A DNA stretch of 64,000 bases from Sulfurospirillaceae bacterium (GCA_033723415.1 JAWVXD010000010.1:1-64000), one strand, 5' to 3'. Shown: positions 1 to 11,539, counted from the stretch's first letter. Program-made: numbers and translations. The notes: a model not told the origin generated them from the sequence alone.

Positions 1-4
1 AAGA

Positions 5-110
5 GGGGCGGCCAGGCAACCCTGCATCACACGGACGATGATGCTACCGCTGCTCCCTTCCGGGCCTGACGGAGTTCGCAACTCGCCGTTGCGCAGGACC
101 CGGCCGCCCC
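5..110 (-). ncRNA. ffs: signal recognition particle RNA (4.5S)
   Basis: Minus strand contains the conserved TCAGGCCCGGAAGGGAGCAGC helix-8 motif; terminal GGGGCGGCC/GGCCGCCCC stem. Confidence 0.93.
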
Positions 111-122
111 AACCAAAGAAAG

Positions 123-208
123 CGGAGAGAGAGGGATTCGAACCCCCGGTACCCGGAGGGTACACCTGCTTTCGAGGCAGGCGCCTTCAACCACTCGGCC
201 ATCTCTCC
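123..208 (-). tRNA. tRNA-Ser(CGA)
   Basis: GGAGAGA acceptor stem, anticodon arm CCTGC-CT-CGA-AA-GCAGG, long variable arm, GTTCGAATC T-loop; CCA not encoded. Confidence 0.93.
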
Positions 209-225
209 CGCGTGGCTGTCTATAT

Positions 226-313
226 CGGAGAGAGAGGGATTCGAACCCTCGGTACCGTTACCAGTACGCATCCTTAGCAGGGATGTGGTTTCAGCCAACT
301 CACCCATCTGTCC
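226..313 (-). tRNA. tRNA-Ser(GCT)
   Basis: Anticodon arm CATCC-CT-GCT-AA-GGATG, long variable arm, T-loop; one C:C mismatch in the acceptor stem. Confidence 0.93.
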
Positions 314-372
314 GTCTGTAAAAAGTAGAACGAAATTATATCATTTATAGATAATTTCAGGCTTAAATTTTG

Positions 373-1749
373 TTATTCTAAGATCCAAATCGAAAAGTTT
401 TTGCCTTTTATCTTTCCGGTTTTAAGTTGATCAAAGGCTTTTTTGATCTGGCTCTTCTCTATAGCTACATAACTTTGCTTTTCATAGATGTCGATCTTGC
501 CGATCGCGGTTGATGGAAGTTTCGCATCTTTTGTAAGAGCACCTAGTATATCTCCTGCTCTAATCTTGCTTTTTTTGCCGCCTTCTATGACTAGTGTCAT
601 GTTATCTGGCTGCATCGTGAAGTTTTTATCAACTTTTAAATCATCCGTACTCGCAAAGATACGCGTGTCATCTTGGTAATCTTCAACTTTATCAAACTCA
701 TGTTCATCATACAAAGTTACGGCGATGCCTTCTTTGCCGGCTCTTGCAGTTCGTCCGATACGATGAGTGTAGGTTTCCATCGAGTGAGGCAAATCGTAGT
801 TTACAACCATGGCAAGTTCTTTGATATCAAGCCCACGTGCTGCAACATCTGTTGCAACGAGGATCGGACAGCTTTGGTTTGTAAACTGCACTAGTACATC
901 GACGCGCTCATACTGCTCAAGATCACCGTGTATGGCTAGGGCATCGATCGCTCTGTCCCTGAGCTCTTTTGCGATGTCGTTTGCTTCGATCTTTGTATTG
1001 CAAAATATGATAACGTTTTTCGGTTTATGTTTGTATAATATCTTCACTAGATTTGAGAGTTTACTTCTTGATGGCGTTTGATAAAAATACTGAGTTACTT
1101 TATTTGCCTCTTCTTGGTGTGCGGTTTTGATGCTCACGGGATCGTTTTGGATCGAGTTTGCTAGTTCTGATATTTCAGGTGGGAAAGTTGCCGAGAACAA
1201 AAGTGTCTGCCTCTGTTTCTGGATATGTGAGATCACCTTTTCGATCTCTTCGATAAATCCCATATCCAGCATCCTATCGGCTTCATCAAGTACCAATGTC
1301 GTTACATGATCTAATTTCAATGACTCTTTTTTGAGATGTTGTAAAATCCTACCGGGAGTTCCTACTACGATGTGTGCACCATGTCGCAATGAACCAAGCT
1401 GTGGACCAAATGCCACGCCTCCGCAGAGTGTCAGGATCTTGATATTGTGTTTGAACTTTGCTATATTTCTAAGCTCATTTGCTACTTGTTCTGCCAACTC
1501 TCTTGTCGGGCAAAGGATTATGGACTGAATCCTAAAGTTTTTGACATCAAGTTTTGAAAGAAGTCCTATCCCAAAAGCAGCCGTTTTACCGCTTCCTGTT
1601 TGTGCTTGTGCTATAACATCTTTGTCATCCAAGATATGCGGTAAACTCTCAGCCTGTACCGGTGTCATCTGTGAAAATCCAAGCTCATCAAGTGTTTTCA
1701 ACATCTCACTTGACAAGCCAAGTTTTGAGAAACTATGTAAATCAGACAT
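373..1749 (-). CDS. dbpA: ATP-dependent DEAD-box RNA helicase DbpA
   Basis: AQTGSGKT, DEAD, SAT and HRIGRTAR motifs; C-terminal DbpA RNA-binding domain (KIRAGDILGAL). Confidence 0.9.
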   Translation of the reverse strand: MSDLHSFSKLGLSSEMLKTLDELGFSQMTPVQAESLPHILDDKDVIAQAQTGSGKTAAFGIGLLSKLDVKNFRIQSIILCPTRELAEQVANELRNIAKFKHNIKILTLCGGVAFGPQLGSLRHGAHIVVGTPGRILQHLKKESLKLDHVTTLVLDEADRMLDMGFIEEIEKVISHIQKQRQTLLFSATFPPEISELANSIQNDPVSIKTAHQEEANKVTQYFYQTPSRSKLSNLVKILYKHKPKNVIIFCNTKIEANDIAKELRDRAIDALAIHGDLEQYERVDVLVQFTNQSCPILVATDVAARGLDIKELAMVVNYDLPHSMETYTHRIGRTARAGKEGIAVTLYDEHEFDKVEDYQDDTRIFASTDDLKVDKNFTMQPDNMTLVIEGGKKSKIRAGDILGALTKDAKLPSTAIGKIDIYEKQSYVAIEKSQIKKAFDQLKTGKIKGKNFSIWILE

Positions 1750-1939
1750 CTAGTATCTTTTGGACACGTCCTACTTGTCCGTCTTCCAATCTCACTTTTA
1801 TGCCATGCGGGTGAGTCGGGGAATTGGTCAAGATATTCTTCACAATTCCCTCAGTCAACTTACCGCTTCTTTGATCTTGTTTTAAAACTATAGCGACTTT
1901 TAAGCCGCTTTTTATATCTTTTCTATTTTGTCCGTTCAA
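1742..1939 (-). CDS. YwbE family protein
   Basis: IVLKQDQRSGKLTEG...HPHGIKVRL signature. Confidence 0.85.
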   Translation of the reverse strand: MNGQNRKDIKSGLKVAIVLKQDQRSGKLTEGIVKNILTNSPTHPHGIKVRLEDGQVGRVQKILDV

Positions 1940-1950
1940 GACATTTTCCT

Positions 1951-3432
1951 TTATGGTTGTTTAACAACACCGTTATAAAAAACTTCACATTTTCCATTTT
2001 TTGTCTTAGCCGGAGTAACAGCACCGCTGATCTTGCCGAAAAGAGATGTTGCCATATTGACAGCGGTATTGACCATAGACTCATCAACTTTTATGCTCGG
2101 TTTTGTAAAAGTTCCCTCTATCGTCTGTGAAAACTTGGCACAATTTTTAGCATCCATGACACCCAATTTCACTCCCAAAAACTTTTCTCTAACCAAATCA
2201 AGCTTCCCTTTGATTGCCACTCTACTTTTGCCTGTAGCCATCGCAACGTCGCTCAAGGCTGCTATACCGTTGGTTATTTTTGTCTCTACATGAAGATGTT
2301 TGAGAAGTGTAGTTCCACTGTTTGCTCCTCCATAGATACCTGACATATCACCGGATTTTGAAAGTAAAAAACCAAGCGGTCCGGCCACTAACGATGCTCC
2401 TAGATCTGTCATACTGATATTTTGGCTTTTGTCATATTGGCTGAGAATTTTATCTAAATCAAATCCTTTAACACCGACATTTTGTCCATCCATAACAAGA
2501 ACACCATTGAGAGTTTTTTCTATAGTTTTCATATCACCTAAACTGAATTCAAATTTCTTGTGAACTTTCACCATACCGCTTAGGACATCTTTTTTAATGT
2601 ATTCTTTTGAAAATGCGGAAAGATTGAAGGCAGGAACATCTGCTTCTATATTTACAAATGGAATCTTTTTATTTAGATCAAGTTTGCCTTTTGCCGAGGC
2701 AAGTGAGTCATACATATTAAGTTTCATATCACTCATGACAACAATAGAATTTTTAAGATTCAAAGACATCAATATATCTTTTATGTTGAACTGGTTATAT
2801 ATGATATTTTTAATTTTTGCAGTTGCCACAAAAGATAAGGCATTTAAACCCTTTTTAGATGAATCATAACCTATATTGTCAACTGCTACATTTATATCGT
2901 TGACTTGTGCTTTGGATTTATTTTGAAGGTCATTAAAAGTAACATTTGCATTGTTTAGACGAACTTCATTGACATTTACCATAGGGAGTTTTGTTTCTTC
3001 TGTCTTCTTAGCTTCTTGTTTCACATCACTTGTCTTTTTTGCAGGTTTAGTTACTTCAAAGTTAAATTTTCCATTTTTAAATTTTGTTATTTCAATATTT
3101 GCATTGTTTAACGTGATATATTTTACTTTTACCTTTTTGCTTAAGAGCGGTCCTACTTCAACGGCAACGCTAAGTTTATCCAGCTTTAGCACATCTTGAT
3201 TTGTTTTGATCTGTGGATTTTTAACAACGACGTTTGCTATGCTGATTCCTACAGGAGAGAAAGAAGTTGAGATATCTCCGTTTATCTTCAATTCATATCC
3301 AGAATTTTCTTTTACGGCTTGTTCAATCTGTGGTTTGTATTTGTTTAAATTAACCATTGAAATTGCTATGACCAAACCGATAATTATAAGTCCAAAAATT
3401 GCTACTATCGATATAAGAATTTTTTTCATCAC
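1951..3432 (-). CDS. AsmA family protein
   Basis: N-terminal membrane anchor followed by NLNKYKPQIEQAV; beta-rich body. Confidence 0.8.
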   Translation of the reverse strand: MMKKILISIVAIFGLIIIGLVIAISMVNLNKYKPQIEQAVKENSGYELKINGDISTSFSPVGISIANVVVKNPQIKTNQDVLKLDKLSVAVEVGPLLSKKVKVKYITLNNANIEITKFKNGKFNFEVTKPAKKTSDVKQEAKKTEETKLPMVNVNEVRLNNANVTFNDLQNKSKAQVNDINVAVDNIGYDSSKKGLNALSFVATAKIKNIIYNQFNIKDILMSLNLKNSIVVMSDMKLNMYDSLASAKGKLDLNKKIPFVNIEADVPAFNLSAFSKEYIKKDVLSGMVKVHKKFEFSLGDMKTIEKTLNGVLVMDGQNVGVKGFDLDKILSQYDKSQNISMTDLGASLVAGPLGFLLSKSGDMSGIYGGANSGTTLLKHLHVETKITNGIAALSDVAMATGKSRVAIKGKLDLVREKFLGVKLGVMDAKNCAKFSQTIEGTFTKPSIKVDESMVNTAVNMATSLFGKISGAVTPAKTKNGKCEVFYNGVVKQP

Positions 3433-4115
3433 TTCATCCTTTCTATGATTTTTTCTACCACACTCAGTGGATCACTTGACGTATATATAGGTCTTCCGAC
3501 AACGATGATATTGGATCTCTCATCTTTTGCACACTCTATAGTCGCCACTCTTTTTTGATCATCTTTTCTGTCACTATCTATCTTTATGCCTGGGGTAAGA
3601 GTTATAAAATTGTTATCTGTATTTGATTTTATCAAGTTACTCTCATAAACTGAACAGACAACTCCGTTTAGTCCACTTTCATATGCATCTTTTGCAAATT
3701 GTATGGCTTTTTTCTCGATTGATTCATTATAGATGTTATAAAAATTCTTTTCATCAAAAGAAGTCAGAGCCGTCACCGCTAGAACAAGTGGTGCATTGTC
3801 CATGTCTGCTAGTCTTTGCATGACTTCGCTCATAGCGGCTTTACCGCTGCTTGCATGGACGTTGAACATATCAACTCCGAGATTTGCCATAGATTCTGCA
3901 GCATCTGCCATAGTATTTGGAATATCATAAATCTTTAGATCCAAAAATATTTTAAATTTTGGATTTATCGCTTTTATCTCTTCTATAAGCTTTGAGCCGT
4001 CTCTTATAAAAGAACGAAGCCCAACCTTTAGCCAAATATCTTTGTCTTTAAGACTCTTAGCGAGTTTTAAATTTGATTGAGCAGTGGGAAGATCAAGAGC
4101 GACACAAAGTTCCAT
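3429..4115 (-). CDS. pyrF: orotidine-5'-phosphate decarboxylase
   Basis: VALD, FLDLKIYDIPNT, TPGI and VVGRPI motifs. Confidence 0.95.
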   Translation of the reverse strand: MELCVALDLPTAQSNLKLAKSLKDKDIWLKVGLRSFIRDGSKLIEEIKAINPKFKIFLDLKIYDIPNTMADAAESMANLGVDMFNVHASSGKAAMSEVMQRLADMDNAPLVLAVTALTSFDEKNFYNIYNESIEKKAIQFAKDAYESGLNGVVCSVYESNLIKSNTDNNFITLTPGIKIDSDRKDDQKRVATIECAKDERSNIIVVGRPIYTSSDPLSVVEKIIERMK

Positions 4116-4520
4116 CTATATTGCCTTTTCTTTGACTACTGCGTCCAAAACGCCATTGACAAATTTTGGACTTGTCTCATTACATAATTTTTTTGCCAAT
4201 TCTATAGCTTCATTGATAATCACGGCGCTATCAAGTTCTGTATATAATATCTCATATGTACCGAGCCTAAGGATTGCTCTCTCGATATTTCCTATCTTTT
4301 CCAAATTCCATTCTTTTAGATGTCTGTCTAAAGCAAGATCTATCTCTTCTAGATTTTTTTGCACACCGTCATGTAAAGAGATTGCAAAATCTTTTTGTTT
4401 ATTTCTTATTTTTTTTTCTTCAAAAATCTCATCTATAAATTTATTGTTACCACCGTTACCGATGTCTTCAGCATACAATAATCCGACGATACTTTCTCTT
4501 ACTTGATGTCTAGTTGCCAA
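4116..4520 (-). CDS. nusB: transcription antitermination factor NusB
   Basis: ATRHQVRE, ERAILRLG and FVNGVLD motifs; next to ribH. Confidence 0.95.
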   Translation of the reverse strand: MATRHQVRESIVGLLYAEDIGNGGNNKFIDEIFEEKKIRNKQKDFAISLHDGVQKNLEEIDLALDRHLKEWNLEKIGNIERAILRLGTYEILYTELDSAVIINEAIELAKKLCNETSPKFVNGVLDAVVKEKAI

Positions 4521-4529
4521 GAAAAATCC

Positions 4530-4994
4530 TTATATCTTTTTGTACAAACTGATGAGCTCTATCAAACCGGTCATAGATTCAAAACCTTTATTTCCGGCTT
4601 TACTCCCTGCTCGCTCAATCGCTTGTTCTATAGTATCTGTTGTCAAAACCCCGAAAGTTACAGGTTTTTGATACTTTAGTGCTGTATTTGCTATACCTTT
4701 TGTTGCTTCTGCCGAGATATAATCAAAATGAGGAGTACTTCCTCTGATCACAGCTCCAACACAGCAAATACCGTCATATTTGTTAAGCGCTAATAATTTA
4801 TCCAAAACAAAAGGTATTTCGTATGCTCCTGGGACCAAGACGAGTTCTAGATTTGATTCATCTCCTCCGTGTCTTACAAATGCATCTTTTGCACCCTCTA
4901 CTAATCTATCTGTTATGATATGATTGAATCTTGAATTGATTATAGCTATCTTTTCATCACCGTTTAGTGATAAATTTCCTTCGATCACTTTCAT
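4530..4994 (-). CDS. ribH: 6,7-dimethyl-8-ribityllumazine synthase
   Basis: [12 protein letters not shown] and [10 protein letters not shown] motifs. Confidence 0.96.
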   Translation of the reverse strand: MKVIEGNLSLNGDEKIAIINSRFNHIITDRLVEGAKDAFVRHGGDESNLELVLVPGAYEIPFVLDKLLALNKYDGICCVGAVIRGSTPHFDYISAEATKGIANTALKYQKPVTFGVLTTDTIEQAIERAGSKAGNKGFESMTGLIELISLYKKI

Positions 4995-5007
4995 GTTTAT
5001 CCTTTAT

Positions 5008-5805
5008 TTAATTTAAACTATTTTGTATTTTTCTTATGTCATCTATCGCATTTTTGAGCTGTTCCAAACTTAACATATTTGGCCCGTCACAAAGTGCCGC
5101 ATCAGGGTTTGTATGAGTTTCAAAGAAGAAACCATCGACTCCAACTGCCGCTGCTGCACGTGAGAGTGGAGCTACGAACTCTCGCTTTCCACCACTGCTT
5201 CCACCTACTGATCCTGGCATCTGCACAGAATGGGTCGCGTCAAATATGACCGGAGCAAACTCGCTCATTATGATAAAACTTCTAGCATCTACTACTAGAT
5301 TGCCATATCCGAAAGTACTTCCACGCTCAGTAAGCCAAACTTTTGCAGCTCTTGCGACTTCTTTGCCTTCTTGTTCTATTCCTCTTGTTTCCAAGACTTT
5401 TTTCACCGAATATCTCATATCAGTCGGATTTAAAAATTGTCCTTTTTTTATGTTGACAACTGCATCAGTTTGAGCACATGCCACAAGCAAATCAGTTTGA
5501 CGGCATAAAAATGCCGGAATCTGTAAAACATCAGCAACTTCTGACACTATTTTTGGCTGATAGCTCTCATGTACATCTGTCAATATCTTGAATCCAAACT
5601 CTTTTTTAACCTCATCCAAAAGTCTAAGTCCCTCTTCTATCCCAGGTCCTCTAAAACTGTTTATGCTCGTTCTGTTTGCTTTATCAAAGCTAGATTTAAA
5701 ATAGAAATCTATATCTTTGTCTTCATGATAATTTGTAAGTTTTTCTGCCACTCTAAAAAGTAGATCTCTGCTCTCTATAGAACAGGGGCCAGCAATCAAA
5801 ATCAA
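5008..5805 (-). CDS. kdsA: KDO8P synthase
   Basis: [13 protein letters not shown] and FDATHSVQ motifs. Confidence 0.96.
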   Translation of the reverse strand: MILIAGPCSIESRDLLFRVAEKLTNYHEDKDIDFYFKSSFDKANRTSINSFRGPGIEEGLRLLDEVKKEFGFKILTDVHESYQPKIVSEVADVLQIPAFLCRQTDLLVACAQTDAVVNIKKGQFLNPTDMRYSVKKVLETRGIEQEGKEVARAAKVWLTERGSTFGYGNLVVDARSFIIMSEFAPVIFDATHSVQMPGSVGGSSGGKREFVAPLSRAAAAVGVDGFFFETHTNPDAALCDGPNMLSLEQLKNAIDDIRKIQNSLN

Positions 5806-6701
5806 ATTTTCTCCTTGTGGAAGGCAACTAAGACTCCTCCTAATATGACCAATAGTATACCAAATGTTCCCACAAAATCAGGTAAAGCATCTCCTAAAGA
5901 TACTCCGACCAATATAGAAAACAGTATGACGGTATAACTACTAGCCCCTGCGATTCCTGCTTTTGTGGCACCATATGATTTTGTCATATAAATTTGAGCA
6001 AGTGTTGCAAAACCGCCTAAAAAAAGAATATATAACCAAGATAAGGCATGCGGCATGACAAATTTTCCGCTTATTACTCCGATGTATGGAATATCATAAA
6101 ACGAGGCTATCCACATAAGAATAGCAGGTACAACAGAGCCTACTATCATAAACGAAAGTACGATAGTTCGTGTATCATAATATCTTCTTAGCTCTCTTAC
6201 ACTTGTGTATGCCAATGCAGCTGCTATCCCGCTTATGAGACCTATAATATCAGTTTTTTCAAAAGACGGACCAGATGGTTTCATGATCAAAACAAGTCCT
6301 ATAAATCCTATAAAAATCGCTATCCAGCCTTTTTTACCTACTCTTTCACCTAAAAACATATATGCAAAAACGGCCGTCCATATAGGAGATGTCCTAGAAA
6401 ACGTCATGGCATCCGCCAAAGAGATATGAGCTATATTGTAAAAAAATGCAAGCAATCCTACAAGTCCTGCAAAACCTCTAAATAAAAGTAGATATATCTT
6501 ACCGCCTTTTTGTACGATCGGACTCTTATAAAGAGATAAAAGTATAAGTACTACTCCTATAAGATTTCTAAAGAACGCAACTTCAATGGATGGCATCTCT
6601 CGTGAAAGCAACTTTGCAAATGCACCTACAACGGCAAAAAAAGCCGAGGCCATGATCATATAAATGACACCTTGATCAACATTACCTAATATTTTTTTCA
6701 A
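5802..6701 (-). CDS. DMT/EamA family transporter
   Basis: About 10 hydrophobic helices in two EamA-like repeats. Confidence 0.85.
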   Translation of the reverse strand: MKKILGNVDQGVIYMIMASAFFAVVGAFAKLLSREMPSIEVAFFRNLIGVVLILLSLYKSPIVQKGGKIYLLLFRGFAGLVGLLAFFYNIAHISLADAMTFSRTSPIWTAVFAYMFLGERVGKKGWIAIFIGFIGLVLIMKPSGPSFEKTDIIGLISGIAAALAYTSVRELRRYYDTRTIVLSFMIVGSVVPAILMWIASFYDIPYIGVISGKFVMPHALSWLYILFLGGFATLAQIYMTKSYGATKAGIAGASSYTVILFSILVGVSLGDALPDFVGTFGILLVILGGVLVAFHKEKI

Positions 6702-7461
6702 TTAATTCTCCCCTAATATCCCCAAAAAATACTACATCTTTCAATACAGCAACCTTGCATATCCCGTCTTTATCAAGACCCAGATAAAGCTCACCCTTAT
6801 TTACAGAAAAAATCTTGTTGTCCAACACGACTTTTGCAAATAACAGATCCTCCAAATTCTCTTTTGTCAGAACCTTTAGATTCTTCTCTTCAAGAGGGTA
6901 TATATTTATCTTACCGTTTTTATCATTTACGCCTATTGCGTGTAAGATCAAATGTTTTTCTATTTTATCCCCTGTAAATAAATTTTTGAAATTAAAAAAC
7001 AGACTCAAAATATCATTGTCCGTATAAAATTTAGAATTTTCTTTTTCCTCGGTTTTTTTGCCGTCTAACTCTCTAATCTTTTTTATTGTCACTTTTTTGG
7101 CCTTATGATCAAAAGAAAAAATCAGTGTGTAGTGTTTGATAGCTATTCTATTGTCCCCTGAAAAAGGATCGCCGATATTTACTTCATTTATTACTGTTTT
7201 TGTGTATTTTAAAGGAACGAGAGTTTTATCTTTGATGTAACCTTCACTAGTATATATATCTTCTCTATTGCCGCTTATAAATGCTACAAATCCTGTAGAC
7301 TTTGCATCCACTACGATCTTATATTTGCCCTCACCCGTATGAAGAGAAATCTTTGCTATCCCAATCTGACCAAAAATACCAAAGCTTACCTTGTATGTCG
7401 TCATAATATCTTTTGCAAATACTAGATGGGAACACAATAATAAAAACCATAAAAATCTCAT
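6682..7461 (-). CDS. exported protein, DUF3108-like
   Basis: Signal peptide followed by YKVSFGIFGQIG pattern. Confidence 0.6.
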   Translation of the reverse strand: MRFLWFLLLCSHLVFAKDIMTTYKVSFGIFGQIGIAKISLHTGEGKYKIVVDAKSTGFVAFISGNREDIYTSEGYIKDKTLVPLKYTKTVINEVNIGDPFSGDNRIAIKHYTLIFSFDHKAKKVTIKKIRELDGKKTEEKENSKFYTDNDILSLFFNFKNLFTGDKIEKHLILHAIGVNDKNGKINIYPLEEKNLKVLTKENLEDLLFAKVVLDNKIFSVNKGELYLGLDKDGICKVAVLKDVVFFGDIRGELIEKNIR

Positions 7462-7462
7462 A

Positions 7463-8266
7463 TTAACTCCTTAGATATGGTGAGATTATCGAGATCACCG
7501 ATGTTAATACCAAAAGTGACAAGACTATCTTTTTAAGCATATCTCTATCTAGAAAAGCCCCCAATTTAACACCTATAAGCGTTCCTATGATGACTACAGG
7601 AGAAAAAAGCAAGCCTATCAAAAAATAGTTCAATAAAGTACTTCCAAAATTATAATACAATAAAGCGATCTGCATAGGTGCAGCAAAGAAAAACAGAGCA
7701 CTCAAGAAAGCTCTAGAAGTGATAGCACTCCATTTGTTTGCCATAACCCAGATAACTGCAGGCGGTCCGCCCATAGATACCATACCCAAAGTGATACCAC
7801 TGGCAAAAAAAGCTATAAATGTCCATACAAACCCTATACTCTCTCTTGGTTTGACTTTCAAAAAAACTTGTGATGCGACTACAAATAAAATAGCGATTCC
7901 AACCACTTGTTTGATGCTCTCTTTGTCAAATGCATTGATCAAAGTCAGTAGATAAATACCGACCGGTATACTAAGATAACGTATAAAACTGGCTATCCCC
8001 ACATCCCTCCATCGTACATGAGCTCTCAATTTGTAAGTCGATGTCGCGGATTGAACTAATATCGGTATACTAGTGATCGATATGGCCTCAGACAATCCAA
8101 GTCCGCTCCAAATCAAAAGCGGTATAGCAAATATATTAAAAGCAAATCCAACAATGCCCTGTATTGCACTACAAAATAAAAGGATACAACCAACAATAAT
8201 AAGTAAAGATACGCTCAATCTTAACCTTTCAGTTTCGAAAACTCTCATTTCCCTGATTTTAATCAA
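7463..8266 (-). CDS. TauE/SafE (TSUP) family transporter
   Basis: IQGIVGFAF and GMVSMGGPP repeat motifs, multiple TM helices; start may be about 8248. Confidence 0.8.
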   Translation of the reverse strand: MIKIREMRVFETERLRLSVSLLIIVGCILLFCSAIQGIVGFAFNIFAIPLLIWSGLGLSEAISITSIPILVQSATSTYKLRAHVRWRDVGIASFIRYLSIPVGIYLLTLINAFDKESIKQVVGIAILFVVASQVFLKVKPRESIGFVWTFIAFFASGITLGMVSMGGPPAVIWVMANKWSAITSRAFLSALFFFAAPMQIALLYYNFGSTLLNYFLIGLLFSPVVIIGTLIGVKLGAFLDRDMLKKIVLSLLVLTSVISIISPYLRS

Positions 8267-8325
8267 AGTATATCTTATGATATGTTAAAATCGTATAATT
8301 TATAATATATACAGGGGTTTGTCCA

Positions 8326-9402
8326 ATGAATGTTGATACCTTTCTTCAGTACACTATTTTCAATATGAGTGTTCAGGATATCATGATCTCTATCATTATA
8401 TTTTCAGCCGCTCTTTTGACAAGTAGTCTGCTAAGTAGACTTATAATAAAACTGCTGCAAAAAATCACGCACGAGACAACAAATACCGTTGATGACAAAC
8501 TGCTGTCTATAATGGAAGCTCCACTGAGGATGAGCATCATACTACTAGGTTTCTACATCTCAAAAGAGTGGCTGAAAGTACCTAAAATAGATGCTTTCTT
8601 AAACAGTATAATAAAAACGTTAGTAACGATCATCATATTTTGGGTTTTATATAAACTTGTACATAAATTTTCTTATATATTGGGTAAATTTTCTTCAAGA
8701 TTCGGGAAAAAACTTGGTGAAGATATTGAAAATTTCATCATAAAAACATTGAAAATATTTATAGTTGTCATCGGTGTCATGAGTGTTCTCCAAGGTTGGG
8801 GCATTAATGTCAGCGCCTTTATAGCTTCTCTTGGACTTGTAGGTATGGCATTTGCACTAGCGGCCAAAGATACGGCTGCCAACCTTTTTGGCTCACTTGT
8901 AATATTTACCGACAGACCTTTTAAGATAGGAGATTGGATACAAACTCCACAAGTCGAAGGTACGGTTGAAAGGATCGGTATACGCTCAACCAGAGTCAGG
9001 GATTTCACACAAGCTTTGACAAGCGTACCAAATGCCGTCATTGCAAACTCAGCTATAGTGAATTGGTCAAAAATGGGCAAAAGAAGGATCAAAACTAGAA
9101 TAGGTCTTACTTATAGTACGACAAGCGAACAGATACAAAATATACTTAAAGACCTGCGAGAGATGCTGAAAAATCACAAAGATATTCATCAAGATACCAT
9201 CATGGTCAATTTTGATGAGTTTGAGAGCAGCGCACTCAGTATCTTCTGTTATTTCTTCACGACTACTACCAATTGGGGTGAATTTTTGGCGGTTAGAGAA
9301 GATATTAACCTAAAGATCATGGGAATTATTGAAGCCAATAAAGCAAGTTTTGCATTTCCGTCACAATCAATATATGTAGAAAGTATGCCGCGCATTAAAT
9401 AA
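8326..9402 (+). CDS. MscS family mechanosensitive channel
   Basis: ALAAKDTAANLFGS, DRPFKIGDWI and IGIRST motifs. Confidence 0.92.
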   Translation: MNVDTFLQYTIFNMSVQDIMISIIIFSAALLTSSLLSRLIIKLLQKITHETTNTVDDKLLSIMEAPLRMSIILLGFYISKEWLKVPKIDAFLNSIIKTLVTIIIFWVLYKLVHKFSYILGKFSSRFGKKLGEDIENFIIKTLKIFIVVIGVMSVLQGWGINVSAFIASLGLVGMAFALAAKDTAANLFGSLVIFTDRPFKIGDWIQTPQVEGTVERIGIRSTRVRDFTQALTSVPNAVIANSAIVNWSKMGKRRIKTRIGLTYSTTSEQIQNILKDLREMLKNHKDIHQDTIMVNFDEFESSALSIFCYFFTTTTNWGEFLAVREDINLKIMGIIEANKASFAFPSQSIYVESMPRIK

Positions 9403-9414
9403 AACTAGGGATAT

Positions 9415-10077
9415 CTAGGATATATCACGTTTATCAGTTTTTTGGCTTGTAATCTTAAGAGTATCTAGATTCAAAGCCGTAAGCTTGTTGCCGTAGCAAC
9501 AGCCTGTATCTATACAGATAAACTGTTTGCCTCGCAGCACTTCATCAAAATTACAATGTCCGAATATATTGATTATCTTGTAAGTTCTAAAATCTTCCCA
9601 ATCTTGCATAAATGTCGCATCATATACTCTATTTACAAATAAAGCATGAGAATCTTTCAGATGCTTTCTTTTATAGTAAGGGAGTCCGAAACCATGTGTT
9701 ATAAAGTACTTATCTATTTCTATAAAAAGAGGCAATTCCTCTATCCAGGACAGATGCTTTTTTAACATCTGCGGGTTCTTTCTATAACTGTCAATAGTTT
9801 TTTGACCGCCCCAGCCCTTTTTAGTTGCCCACTTGCTAGATATATCATCTTCATATAAAGCATTATTGATAAAGTTATGCATCATATACTCATGATTTCC
9901 TTTCACACATTGATGCCCGTTCTCTATCACAAATTCAATTACTTCTTTTGAAAAATTTCCTTTATCGCATAAATCTCCAAGAAAAATCAATTTTGCTTTC
10001 TTGGGAAGCTTTTTTATTAGTGCCAAAAGCGTGTAATAACAACCGTGTACATCGCCTATGATAAATGTTTGTTTCAT
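9415..10077 (-). CDS. PPP-type metallophosphoesterase
   Basis: GDVHG, GDLCDKG, GNHE and DTG motifs. Confidence 0.88.
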   Translation of the reverse strand: MKQTFIIGDVHGCYYTLLALIKKLPKKAKLIFLGDLCDKGNFSKEVIEFVIENGHQCVKGNHEYMMHNFINNALYEDDISSKWATKKGWGGQKTIDSYRKNPQMLKKHLSWIEELPLFIEIDKYFITHGFGLPYYKRKHLKDSHALFVNRVYDATFMQDWEDFRTYKIINIFGHCNFDEVLRGKQFICIDTGCCYGNKLTALNLDTLKITSQKTDKRDIS

Positions 10078-10097
10078 GTTGCCTTGTTTTGTTTAAA

Positions 10098-10421
10098 TTA
10101 AATTTTACCCAATACATAGTACGTCTCTTTGTTTGGGACTTTTTGGAGTGCAATTTTGTATTTATCTGACCATTTTTGAATTACTTCATTTGCACTTTTG
10201 ATCATTTCTTCACCTTGTGCATCATTTTTGATTTTAAAATAATCACTTGTACTAGACATAGCAACAAATGACAAATGTGCCTTAAGTGCATCATGAAGAG
10301 TTATCAAGTGTTTTTCTACATAGTCAAAATCCTTTGTATTCTCGATCACTTTTTGAATTTGCGACAAATTGTTCTCTGTAATACTATAGCCAAGCTGATT
10401 TAAAATTGCGTCTCTTCTCAT
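10098..10421 (-). CDS. conserved hypothetical protein downstream of prfB
   Basis: Clean ORF with AAGGA RBS, co-oriented with prfB. Confidence 0.7.
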   Translation of the reverse strand: MRRDAILNQLGYSITENNLSQIQKVIENTKDFDYVEKHLITLHDALKAHLSFVAMSSTSDYFKIKNDAQGEEMIKSANEVIQKWSDKYKIALQKVPNKETYYVLGKI

Positions 10422-10435
10422 TTTTATCCTTTATA

Positions 10436-11539
10436 TTAATTTTGTTTTGTTTTTGTGCTTATAAGGACATCTTCCATGACCTTAGTCAAATCTCCATCCA
10501 ATATAGCATTGACTTGCGAATAAGCAATCCCGCTTCTGTTGTCTTTTACTTGCTGATATGGAGCTAAGACATAACTTCGTATTTGATGTCCCCAACCTAT
10601 CTCACTCTTCTCCACGCCGTCTTTTATAGCTTGTTGTTTTTCACGCTCTAACTCATAAAGTCTGGACTTCAACATTTTCATGGCATTTGCTTTATTTTTA
10701 TGCTGACTTCTGTCATTTTGACACTGAACCACAACTCCTGTTTCAATATGTGTAATTCTGATGGCAGATTCTGTTTTGTTTACGTGTTGTCCGCCTGCGC
10801 CGCTTGATCTATATGTATCTATCCTGATATCTTTATCTTCAACAACGATATCTATATCATCATCTATTTCAGGGCTCACCATTACGGAACTAAACGAAGT
10901 ATGCCTTTTTGCATTTGAGTCAAAAGGTGATATTCTAACCAATCGGTGAACACCGTTTTCAACTTTTAGATAACCATAGGCATTTTCACCTTTTATTATA
11001 AAACTCACATCTTTGAGTCCTGCCTCTTCACCCTCTTGATAATCTAATACTTCCACTTTAAAGTTATTTCGTTCACTCCATCTAAGATACATACGATAAA
11101 GCATACTGGCCCAATCTTGAGATTCCGTTCCTCCGGCTCCCGGGTGAATAGTCACGATAGCATTGTTTGCATCATCATCACCACTTAACATCATAGATAT
11201 TTCAAGATCCGTGATGACTTCTTCTAGGTGATCTGCTTCATTAAAAAGCTCTTCTACAGAATCTTCATCCCCTTCATCCGTTGCCATTTCATAAAAATCG
11301 GCGGCATCATCAACCGTTTTTTTTGCTTCAGTGTATTTTTTTAATACTGAAGTGATCTTAGTCTTCTCTTTTTGGACTAGGCTGGCCGCTTTTGCATCTT
11401 CCCAAAAAGTCGGATCTTGTTCTATTTCATTGATCTCTTCTAGTCTTTTTTTGATGGATTCCGGCTTTATGATTTGTGCTATATTGTCTATTTTTGTTGA
11501 AAGTTTTTTTAATAGCTCCGTATATTCGTAACTGTCCAA
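10436..11539 (-). CDS. prfB: peptide chain release factor 2
   Basis: SPF and GGQ motifs; continuous ORF with TTG start. Confidence 0.96.
   Translation of the reverse strand: MDSYEYTELLKKLSTKIDNIAQIIKPESIKKRLEEINEIEQDPTFWEDAKAASLVQKEKTKITSVLKKYTEAKKTVDDAADFYEMATDEGDEDSVEELFNEADHLEEVITDLEISMMLSGDDDANNAIVTIHPGAGGTESQDWASMLYRMYLRWSERNNFKVEVLDYQEGEEAGLKDVSFIIKGENAYGYLKVENGVHRLVRISPFDSNAKRHTSFSSVMVSPEIDDDIDIVVEDKDIRIDTYRSSGAGGQHVNKTESAIRITHIETGVVVQCQNDRSQHKNKANAMKMLKSRLYELEREKQQAIKDGVEKSEIGWGHQIRSYVLAPYQQVKDNRSGIAYSQVNAILDGDLTKVMEDVLISTKTKQN

Noticed and set aside
38..307. ORFs 38-277 (+) and 44-307 (-)
   Set aside because: They overlap the SRP RNA and two tRNAs, so they are artefacts of GC-rich RNA genes
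10436..11539. prfB lacks the programmed +1 frameshift
   Set aside because: An uninterrupted prfB is normal for this lineage
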